A stretch of 34,256 bases of DNA, taken from Actinomycetota bacterium (GTDB lineage Bacteria > Actinomycetota > UBA4738 > HRBIN12). The DNA is taken from the NCBI GenBank assembly GCA_036554665.1, contig DATBMU010000157.1, forward strand, positions 1 to 34,256. Reading direction: 5' to 3'. Within the stretch, counting starts at the first letter, position 1. Each line of letters starts with the position of its first letter. Shown here piece by piece: positions 16,832-24,357 of the stretch. A program made the position numbers and the translations under genes. The notes under the pieces are model-generated. The model was not told the DNA's origin. It was given only the letters and a program-made list of their open reading frames with translations, and made no database searches.

Positions 16832-18412
16832 CTACGAGGCCGGGGCCTTCGCGATCTCCTTCAGGAACTGCTCGTTGGACTTCGTCTGGCGGATCTTGTC
16901 GGTCAACAGCTCCAGGGCCGCGCCCGGCTCGAGCGCGTGGAGCACCCGACGCAGGCGCCAGACGAGCGCGAGCTCCTCGGTCGGCAGGAGCAGCTCCTCC
17001 TTCCGCGTGCTCGACGCCTCGACGTTGATCGCCGGGAACAGCCGCTTCTCGGCCATCTGGCGGTCGAGGCGGATCTCCATGTTCCCCGTGCCCTTGAACT
17101 CCTCGAAGATCCCCTCGTCCATGCGGGAGCCGGTCTCGACGAGCGCGCTCGCGATGATCGTGAGCGAGCCGCCCTCCTCGATGTTCCGCGCCGCGCCGAA
17201 GAACCGGCGGGGCGGATACAGGGCCGTCGAGTCGATGCCGCCCGACAGGATCTTGCCCGAGGCCGGGGCGGCGAGGTTGTACGCGCGGGCGAGCCGGGTG
17301 ATCGAGTCGAGGATGATCGCGACGTCCTTGCCCATCTCGGCCAGGCGCTTGGCCCGCTCCAGCACGAGCTCGGTCACCTGGATGTGCTGGTCCGGCGGCT
17401 TGTCGAACGTCGAGTAGACGACCTCGGCCGGGGTGACCGTGCGCTGCCAGTCGGTGACCTCCTCCGGCCGCTCGTCGACCAGCAGGATGATCACGTGCGT
17501 CTCCGGGCTGGACGAGATGATCCCGTTCGCGATGTTCTTCAGGACCGTCGTCTTGCCCGCCTTCGGCGGCGACACGACCATCCCCCGCTGGCCCTTGCCG
17601 ATCGGCGCGACCATGTCGATGATCCGGCCGGTCACGTCGGTCGGACCCGTCTCCAGACGGAACCGCTCGTGCGGGAACAGCGGGGTGAGCTTCTCGAAGT
17701 TCGGCCGCGCCTTCGCGGTCTCGGGGTCCAGCTCGTTCACCGTGTCGATCTGCAGCAGCGCGAAGTACTTCTCGTTGTCCTTGGGCTGCCGCACCGTCCC
17801 GGTGACGGTGTCCCCCTTGCGCAGCATGAACCGGCGCACCTGCGAGAGCGACACGTAGATGTCCTGCTGCCCCGGGAGGAACCCGGAGGTGCGCAGGAAC
17901 CCGTAGCCCTCGGGCAGGATGTCGAGGAGGCCCGTCGCCGTCGGGGCGCTCGCGATCTCCTCCTCGCGCATCTCCACCTCTCGCTGGCGGCGCTCCTCGC
18001 GCTGCCGGCGACGCTCCTCGCGGGAGGGCCGACGGCGGCCGCCGTCGCGGTCCCGACCCGGTCCGCCGGGACCTCCGCCCTCACGGCGGTCGTCCCGCCG
18101 CTCGAAGCGTTCGGGCTGCGGACGCTCGTCGCGGCGCTCCTGCGGTCGCGCGCCGCCGTTGCCGGAGGGTGCCTCGCGCACCGCGGCGCTCGCCTCGCCG
18201 TTGCCCGCCGGCTCGGTCGCCCGCTCCTCGGCCGTCGCCGGGGGCTCCGGCGCGCGCGCCCTCGCGGGCTCACCGTTCGCGCGCGTCAGGATCCGTTCGA
18301 TCAGGTCGGCCTTCTTCAGGCTCTTGTGACCCTCGATCCCGAGGTCCGACGCGATCTGATGCAGCTCGGCCGCGACCTTGCCCTCGAGGGCGCTCTTCTC
18401 CATGGTGGCCAC
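16832..18412 (-). CDS. rho: Transcription termination factor Rho with an Arg/Glu/Gly-rich N-terminal insertion
   Basis: 526 aa with the N-terminal Rho_N helix bundle ([26 protein letters not shown]), the cold-shock-like RNA-binding domain (GYGFLR) and Walker A PPKAGKTT. The GTG start at 18412 has an AAGGAG SD 5 nt upstream. The in-frame ATG at 18403 is a poorer alternative. Confidence 0.95.
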   Translation of the reverse strand: MATMEKSALEGKVAAELHQIASDLGIEGHKSLKKADLIERILTRANGEPARARAPEPPATAEERATEPAGNGEASAAVREAPSGNGGARPQERRDERPQPERFERRDDRREGGGPGGPGRDRDGGRRRPSREERRRQREERRQREVEMREEEIASAPTATGLLDILPEGYGFLRTSGFLPGQQDIYVSLSQVRRFMLRKGDTVTGTVRQPKDNEKYFALLQIDTVNELDPETAKARPNFEKLTPLFPHERFRLETGPTDVTGRIIDMVAPIGKGQRGMVVSPPKAGKTTVLKNIANGIISSSPETHVIILLVDERPEEVTDWQRTVTPAEVVYSTFDKPPDQHIQVTELVLERAKRLAEMGKDVAIILDSITRLARAYNLAAPASGKILSGGIDSTALYPPRRFFGAARNIEEGGSLTIIASALVETGSRMDEGIFEEFKGTGNMEIRLDRQMAEKRLFPAINVEASSTRKEELLLPTEELALVWRLRRVLHALEPGAALELLTDKIRQTKSNEQFLKEIAKAPAS

Positions 18413-19075
18413 TCAGGCTCCTTTCCCCAGTCCCTCCTGGAGGCCCTTCCAGTCCTGGAGGAACTTGTCCAAACCGATGTCGGTGAGCGGGTGCTTCACG
18501 AGCTGCGTGAACACCGCGTACGGCATCGTCGCGATGTCGGCTCCCGCGAGCGCGGATTCCACGACGTGCATCGGGTGGCGGAGCGACGCCGCCAGCACGC
18601 TCGTCTCGTAGCCCTGGATCTCGTAGATCTCACAGATCCGACGGAGCGCCTCCATCCCGTCCGACGCCACGTCGTCGATCCGTCCGAGGAACGGCGACAC
18701 GATGTACGCGCCGACCTCGGCCGCCAGGATCGCCTGCGCCGGTGAGAACACCAGCGTCACGTTGATGCGGATCCCGTCCGCGACGAGCCGCTTCCCGGCC
18801 GACAGGCCGTCCGGGGTCATCGGGACCTTGACGACCGCGTTGGGCGCCATCTGCGCGAGCTGCAGCCCCTGCTCGTACATCGGGTCGGCCTCGAGCTCCG
18901 TCGTCTCGAGCGAGATCGGCCCGTCGACCTCCGCGAGGATCTCCTTCCAGACGCGATCCGGGTCGTCGGCCTCCTTCGCGACGAGCGAGGGGTTCGTCGT
19001 GACGCCGCCGAGCACGCCCCAGCCGTTGATCTCGCGGATCTCGTCGATGTTCGCGGTGTCGAGGAACAGCTTCAT
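18413..19075 (-). CDS. Fructose-6-phosphate aldolase / short transaldolase (type 3B)
   Basis: The internal ATG at 19075 gives 220 aa. MKLFLDTANIDEIRE...GVTTNPSL, the VVKVP Schiff-base lysine region and FLGRIDD are typical of the TalC/FSA family. It forms an ATGA overlap with the 2PGK stop. The 581-aa track ORF is an artefact. Confidence 0.88.
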   Translation of the reverse strand: MKLFLDTANIDEIREINGWGVLGGVTTNPSLVAKEADDPDRVWKEILAEVDGPISLETTELEADPMYEQGLQLAQMAPNAVVKVPMTPDGLSAGKRLVADGIRINVTLVFSPAQAILAAEVGAYIVSPFLGRIDDVASDGMEALRRICEIYEIQGYETSVLAASLRHPMHVVESALAGADIATMPYAVFTQLVKHPLTDIGLDKFLQDWKGLQEGLGKGA

Positions 19076-20046
19076 CCGCTCCCTCCTTCGGTCGCGCTCC
19101 CGACGCGGGTCCGGTGCCCCCGGGCGCGCTCGGTGGCGCGCTCCATGACCAGGTCGATGATCGCCGCCAGCGACCGGTCGAAGTTGAAGTTCGGGATCAC
19201 GGGCACGCCGTGGCTCAGAGCCTGGCCCTTGATGTAGCGCTGGACGCGCCGGATGTTCTCGAACTGCTGCAGGTATCGATCGGCCGACCGCCCGGCGTGA
19301 TCGGCCGCCCGAGCCGCGAAGTGGCTCCGGTGCGCGTCCTCCTCGTCCACCGTCACGATCACCGTGACGGCGAGGACCCGGTCGGCCCAGGCGCTCGGGT
19401 CCAGGAACCCGGGCACGACGTGTGCGCCCTCGATGATCAGGCTCGTGCCCTCCATCGCCGCGCGGTCCAGCAGCGCGTTCACGCCGACCGAGACCGCCGC
19501 CGTCTGCTCCCGGAACCCCACGGTGAGCGCGTCCCGCGACGGCGGCTCCCGCAGCGTCTCGCCGGCCTCGAACGAGGACGCGTGCAGCGAGGGCATCAGC
19601 TCGCGCGAGAACACCGCGCGCATCACCTCGCGCACCGCGTCGGTCGCGACGACGCGGACGATCCCGAGCCGGGTCGCGAGCTGGGTCGCGATCGTGGACT
19701 TCCCCACGCCGGTCGCGCCGCCGATCAGGATCACGATCGGGACGTCGAGCGCCGCCACCTCGCGCCAGCGCCGGTAGTTGTCCGCGTACCGCTCGCCGGC
19801 GAGCTCCTCGATCACCGAGAGCGTGAGCGAGTCCAGCTCCTCGCTCGTGACGGAGGGGGCCCCGCGCGCGACCAGGCGCTCCTCGACGGCCTCGGCGACC
19901 TGGTAGGCACGGTAGGGCGACAGCCCGGTCACCATCACCTCGGAGGCGCGCAGCCCCTTCGAGTACGGCAGCCCCGACAGGCCGTCGACGATGAGGATGT
20001 GCGGTCGGTCCTTCCGGGGACCGGACGCCGGGTCCTGCTGGGTCAT
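19072..20046 (-). CDS. 2-phosphoglycerate kinase (COG2074-like; ATP-cone-like N-terminus plus P-loop kinase)
   Basis: The ATG at 20046 forms an ATGA overlap with the upstream stop and gives 324 aa. The N-terminal ILIVDG...PYSKGLRASEVMVTGL...AYQVAEAVEERL resembles an ATP-cone. The following IVILIGGATGVGKSTIATQLATRLGI..VVATDAVREVMR matches the archaeal 2PGK family as I remember it. This was not verified by search. Confidence 0.65.
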   Translation of the reverse strand: MTQQDPASGPRKDRPHILIVDGLSGLPYSKGLRASEVMVTGLSPYRAYQVAEAVEERLVARGAPSVTSEELDSLTLSVIEELAGERYADNYRRWREVAALDVPIVILIGGATGVGKSTIATQLATRLGIVRVVATDAVREVMRAVFSRELMPSLHASSFEAGETLREPPSRDALTVGFREQTAAVSVGVNALLDRAAMEGTSLIIEGAHVVPGFLDPSAWADRVLAVTVIVTVDEEDAHRSHFAARAADHAGRSADRYLQQFENIRRVQRYIKGQALSHGVPVIPNFNFDRSLAAIIDLVMERATERARGHRTRVGSATEGGSG

Positions 20047-21380
20047 CTGCGAGCCTTCCGCTCCACCGCGAGCTCGATCGTCCATCGCACCGCGTCGCCG
20101 AGATCCGGCTCGCCCTCGAGCACCACGGCCCGGTTGTCGACGAACACGACCTGCGCACCTCGGGCCAGGGCCCGTTCGCAGGCTACGTCGACCGCCGCGG
20201 CTTTCAGCTCGGTGAGCAGCACCTGATACCCTCCGGCGCCGTCCAGCTCTCGCGCCAGCTCCGCTCGATCCGCGAGGCTGGCGCTCCACCCGACCACCCG
20301 GCAGCCGTGGTTCCGCTCCAAGATCCCGGCCTGCCTCGCGGCGGCCGGCCCCGGTGCCGTGGTGGTGAAGAACACGTCCTTGCCCTCGACGTCGCCGAGC
20401 GGCTGTGGATGGAAGTCCGTCACGATGAGCCGGGCATCACCATGCAGTCGCCGAACGTGGGATCTGAGGGCAGGGAGGTTCTCGAGCCCGGCAGGGCTGT
20501 CGGCCATGGTAGCAACGACCAGGTCCGATAGCAAGAGTCGGAACGGGCCGAGGTAGCCCGCCACGTACTCCAGGGGCGCCGAGGCCGGCACGACGAGGAT
20601 CCCGGCGTCCCACGGGACGGAGGGCACCGCCGATCCGCTGCCCTCGAGCACGACCAGCCCGGGGTCGCGCGCGGCCGCGAGCTCGGCCGCCTCGCGCACG
20701 TTGGTCGCGACCGGCCGCCCGGCGAGCCCGCCGCCCGCCCGGCGAGCGCCGATCGTGGTCACGCCCGTCGTCACCGCGTCCTCGAGGTAGTCCGAGGCCG
20801 CGTGCTGCCCGGCCCGGACGAGCTCGAGGAGCCGATCGAGCGTGACGGTACCGGCCTCGGCGACCTGCGGCTCGGGCGGGCCGCCGCGACCCATCGCGAC
20901 GACGATCGGGTCCCGGCCCGTCGCCGCGGCCGTCCTCGCGACCTCGCCGGCGATCGCGGTCTTGCCGGTCCGCTTGCCCGTGCCGATCACCGCCAGGGTC
21001 GCTGCCGCGAGCGCCGGGCCCTCGATCGGCGGGTCGAGCCGGAAGTCGCCTCCGAGGTACGGCAGGCCGCGGGCGAGCGCGATCGCGGCGAGCTCCATCC
21101 GCTCCCGGTAGCCGAGGACCGGCTCGTCCGACAGATCCAGGACGCCGTCCAGCCCGGCGGGCGCGAGCTCGTCGATCGACGCGGCCAGGGCGGCCATCGG
21201 GTCGCCGGTCACGGTCCGCAGCGGGACGCCGAGGTCGGGCGGCGCGCCCGGGTCGAGCTTCTCGAGGCCGCCCACCAGCAGCGCGGCCACGGGCTCGAGC
21301 CCGCGGTCTCGCGCCACGTCGATCCCCCACCGGGTCACGGGTGGGTAGTGCTCACCGTCGACGAGGACGAGGACCCTCAC
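20043..21380 (-). CDS. Cyclic 2,3-diphosphoglycerate synthetase-like protein
   Basis: 445 aa with a GTG start and a GAGGAGG SD 5 nt upstream. The N-terminus VLVDGEHYPPVT and the internal P-loop IGTGKRTGKT, together with the size (the archaeal enzyme is about 460 aa), resemble Methanothermus cDPG synthetase as I recall it. Adjacency to a 2PGK-like gene strengthens the call. An HMM or BLAST search is needed to confirm it. Confidence 0.55.
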   Translation of the reverse strand: MRVLVLVDGEHYPPVTRWGIDVARDRGLEPVAALLVGGLEKLDPGAPPDLGVPLRTVTGDPMAALAASIDELAPAGLDGVLDLSDEPVLGYRERMELAAIALARGLPYLGGDFRLDPPIEGPALAAATLAVIGTGKRTGKTAIAGEVARTAAATGRDPIVVAMGRGGPPEPQVAEAGTVTLDRLLELVRAGQHAASDYLEDAVTTGVTTIGARRAGGGLAGRPVATNVREAAELAAARDPGLVVLEGSGSAVPSVPWDAGILVVPASAPLEYVAGYLGPFRLLLSDLVVATMADSPAGLENLPALRSHVRRLHGDARLIVTDFHPQPLGDVEGKDVFFTTTAPGPAAARQAGILERNHGCRVVGWSASLADRAELARELDGAGGYQVLLTELKAAAVDVACERALARGAQVVFVDNRAVVLEGEPDLGDAVRWTIELAVERKARR

Positions 21381-21416
21381 GACGCCTCCTCGGTCGTGGA
21401 TCGGGACGGGCGGGGG

Positions 21417-22220
21417 CTACTCCCCTTGCTGGCTCTGAGCGACGGCCGTCCGCTGCTGCACCGGCGGCTCGAGCTCGCGCAGGTACTGCTCGCCGGTCGA
21501 CAGGGAGAAGTGCGCGATCACGCTCCCGCCGCCGAACGGGTACCGCCGCGTGATCTTCACGTCGTCGCCCTCGAACTCGAGCACGTTGTAGCAGGGCTTC
21601 GTGTATCCCCGCACGCGGAGCGACGCGACCGTTCCGGCGTTCGCCACGTACAGGTCCTCGAGCCGCCAGACGTACGGGACGTGCTTGTGCCCGGAGAGCA
21701 CGATGTTCACGCCGGCGCTGATCAGCTCCTCGAGCAGGTCGCCCGCGTCCATCACGGTGCTCCGCTCGCGCCCGGTGCCCGGGATCGGCAGCAGGTGGTG
21801 GTGCAGCACGAAGACCTTCAGCTCGGCGGGGACTTCGAAGCGCTCGCGGATCCACTCGTACCGCTCGCGCCCGACCTGCCCCTCGTTGATGTCCGGCTCG
21901 CTGGAGTCGACGCCCACGATCCTGGCCCCTCGGACGTCGGCGGCCCAGTGCCGCTCACCGATCAGCTCCTCGAAGTGGAGGTACCCGACGTTCCGCGCGT
22001 CGTGGTTCCCGGGCACCGTGAAGATCGGAGCCTCGATCCGCTGCGCGTAGGCCACCCAGTTCTTGAACTCCTGCCGATAGCCCTCGTTCGTGAGGTCGCC
22101 GCTGCAGATGACCACGTCCGGCGCCAGCTCGTTCAGCTCCACGATCACGCGGTTCATCAGGTTCGGGACGAAATAGGGGGAGCCGACGTGCGGGTCCGAG
22201 ATGTGGGCGATCGTGACCAC
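21417..22220 (-). CDS. Calcineurin-like metallophosphoesterase
   Basis: I chose the GTG at 22220 (VVTIAHISDPHVG...), giving 267 aa. All the motifs are present: DxH (SDPH), GD (SGD), GNHD, HHH and GHKH. The 692-aa track ORF is an artefact. An in-frame GTG at 22253 is an alternative start. Confidence 0.8.
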   Translation of the reverse strand: MVTIAHISDPHVGSPYFVPNLMNRVIVELNELAPDVVICSGDLTNEGYRQEFKNWVAYAQRIEAPIFTVPGNHDARNVGYLHFEELIGERHWAADVRGARIVGVDSSEPDINEGQVGRERYEWIRERFEVPAELKVFVLHHHLLPIPGTGRERSTVMDAGDLLEELISAGVNIVLSGHKHVPYVWRLEDLYVANAGTVASLRVRGYTKPCYNVLEFEGDDVKITRRYPFGGGSVIAHFSLSTGEQYLRELEPPVQQRTAVAQSQQGE

Positions 22221-22228
22221 GGCCTTCC

Positions 22229-22234
22229 AGTCTA
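22229..22234 (-). promoter_or_regulatory. Candidate -10 box (TAGACT) for a leaderless metallophosphoesterase-cDPGS-like operon transcript
   Basis: The minus strand reads cggcTAGACTggaaggccGTG. The hexamer ends 8 nt before the proposed GTG start. The identical hexamer recurs upstream of the GDE-like gene and the tRNA. The -35 is weak. Confidence 0.35.
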
Positions 22235-22292
22235 GCCGTGGGCCGACGGCCACCCGGGCTCGCGCGCCGGCCGTGGGACGATACGGGCGGCC

Positions 22293-23465
22293 GTGAACGT
22301 GCTCGACGTCGTCCTGCTCTGCCTGATCGCCCTCGCCGGCATCTCCGGATACCGCCGCGGGCTCATGCTGCAGACCCTCGCGTTCGGGGGATTGCTCCTC
22401 GGGCTCGTCGTCGGCGCGCTCGTCGCCCCCCCGCTCGCCGGCCTCGCCGACGACACCGGCGCCCGGGCGGCGATCGCCGCGGCCACGCTGATCCTCTTCG
22501 CGGCGGCCGGCGACGGGGCCGGGTGGTTCGTCGGCCATCGGGTGCGCGAGCGCACGCGGGCCACGCGGTTCGCGCCCGCCGATGCGGTCGGCGGCTCGGT
22601 CGTGGCGGTCGTCGCCTCGCTGCTCGCGGTCTGGTTCATCGCCCTCAACCTCGTCAACGGCCCGTTCCCCGGCGTGGCGAGGCAGATCCGCGGGTCCGCC
22701 GTGGTGCGGACCCTCGACGGCGCGCTGCCGGAACCCCCGTCCCTGCTCGCGGAGGCGGGGGCGCTGTTCGACCGGTTCGGGTTCCCCGACGTCTTCTCCG
22801 GCATCCCGCCGGTCCCCGCGGCGCCGGTCGAGCCGCCGAGCGGCGCGGAGGCCCAGGCCGCGTTCGACGCGGCCGCCCGGAGCACCGTCATGGTCTACGG
22901 CCAGGCGTGCGACCACGTCCAGGAGGGGTCCGGGTTCGTGGCGGCCGAGGGGTACGTCGTGACGAACGCCCACGTCGTGGCCGGCATCGACGACCCGATC
23001 GTCGAGACCCGCGCCGGCGCGAGCGAGCACGCGACGACCGTGCTGTTCGATCCCGAGCTCGACGTGGCGGTGCTGTTCGTCGAGGCCCCGCTCGGGCCCG
23101 TGCTCCCCCTCGCCACCTCGGACGCCGAGCGCGGGGACACGGGCGCGGTCCTGGGCTTCCCGGACGGCGGCCCGCTCGACGCGCAACGGGCGGCGGTCCT
23201 CCGGCCGATCCTCGCCGTCGGCCGCGACATCTACGGAGGCGGCGAGACCGAGCGCGCCGTCCTGGAGCTCCAGACCCTCGTCCGGCCGGGGAACTCGGGC
23301 GGCCCGTTCGTCCTTTCCGACGGCGCCGTGGCCGGGGTCGTCTTCGCGGCCTCCTCGTCGGAGGACGGCGTCGGCTACGCGATCGCGGCGGGCGACGTGC
23401 GACCGCACCTCGACCGGGCGACCGGCACCACGACGGAGGTCGGGACGGGCCCCTGCGTGCGGTAG
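22293..23465 (+). CDS. MarP-like membrane serine protease (CvpA-family TM domain plus trypsin-like S1 domain)
   Basis: 390 aa with a GTG start. It has four N-terminal TM helices (CvpA-like) and a C-terminal chymotrypsin fold with TNAHVV (His), DVAVL (Asp) and GNSGGP (Ser). The architecture is that of M. tuberculosis MarP (Rv3671c). Confidence 0.8.
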   Translation: MNVLDVVLLCLIALAGISGYRRGLMLQTLAFGGLLLGLVVGALVAPPLAGLADDTGARAAIAAATLILFAAAGDGAGWFVGHRVRERTRATRFAPADAVGGSVVAVVASLLAVWFIALNLVNGPFPGVARQIRGSAVVRTLDGALPEPPSLLAEAGALFDRFGFPDVFSGIPPVPAAPVEPPSGAEAQAAFDAAARSTVMVYGQACDHVQEGSGFVAAEGYVVTNAHVVAGIDDPIVETRAGASEHATTVLFDPELDVAVLFVEAPLGPVLPLATSDAERGDTGAVLGFPDGGPLDAQRAAVLRPILAVGRDIYGGGETERAVLELQTLVRPGNSGGPFVLSDGAVAGVVFAASSSEDGVGYAIAAGDVRPHLDRATGTTTEVGTGPCVR

Positions 23466-23578
23466 GCACGGACGGTCCCCCGGACGGGTGAGCACGTCGT
23501 GAGCGGCGGGGGACGCCGTCCGGCCACGACGGATCGGACCGCCTGAACCATCGCCCGCAGGGCACCGATACCGGCGGT

Positions 23579-24346
23579 ATGGCTGCCGGTCGTCGAACGA
23601 GGGTCGCGGTGCTCGTCGTGGCGACGCTCGGCGCGCTCGCGGCGTTCTCGGACGCGCCGGCCCGGGCCGCGCTCCTCGGCGAACGCGGGGCCGGGAGTTC
23701 CCAACCGGCGCTCGCGCGCCCGGCCGCCGAACGCCCGCGTCCCGAGCGCGTCCGGCTCGTCGAGATCGAGCAGGCGATGCCGATCACCGCCCGACCCGGC
23801 GGCGGCCGGGTCGTCGGCGCGATGCCGGCCGGCTCGCGCTTCTACGGGACCTCGACGGTCGCGTGGGTCCGGCGCGTGAGCCTCGACGGGCGGTTCGGCC
23901 TCGTCGACGTGCCGTACACCGCCGACCACGTCTCGGGCTGGATCGCCCTGCGCGGGCTGGACATCTCGTGGACGCGCATCCGCGTCACGGCGGACCTGTC
24001 GGAGCACCGGATCACCGTGCGTCGTGGCGACCGCGTGCTGTTCCGCGCGCCGGTCGCGACGGGGGCGCCGGGCTCGCCGACCCCGACCGGTCGCTACTTC
24101 GTGACGGACCGGGTCGCGTTCCCGGGCGGCGGCGTGCTCGGGACGTACGCGTTCGGGATCTCGGGGATCCAGCCGAGGCTGCCGGCCGGATGGACCGGCG
24201 GCGACCAGCTCGCGATCCACGGGACGAACGCGCCGTCGTCGATCGGTCGGTCCGCGAGCGCCGGCTGCCTCCGCGCCTCCGAGCTCGTGCTTGACCGGCT
24301 GAAGCCGCTCCTGCGGCTGGGCACGCCCGTGATCGTGCGCGCCTAG
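23579..24346 (+). CDS. Secreted L,D-transpeptidase (YkuD domain) with an SH3b-like N-terminal domain
   Basis: 255 aa with signal peptide RRTRVAVLVVATLGALAAFSDAPARA. The catalytic signature is HGTNAPSSIGRSASAGCLR (His...Ser-x-Gly-Cys-Leu-Arg). Confidence 0.85.
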   Translation: MAAGRRTRVAVLVVATLGALAAFSDAPARAALLGERGAGSSQPALARPAAERPRPERVRLVEIEQAMPITARPGGGRVVGAMPAGSRFYGTSTVAWVRRVSLDGRFGLVDVPYTADHVSGWIALRGLDISWTRIRVTADLSEHRITVRRGDRVLFRAPVATGAPGSPTPTGRYFVTDRVAFPGGGVLGTYAFGISGIQPRLPAGWTGGDQLAIHGTNAPSSIGRSASAGCLRASELVLDRLKPLLRLGTPVIVRA

Positions 24347-24357
24347 GCCGGTCGCCG

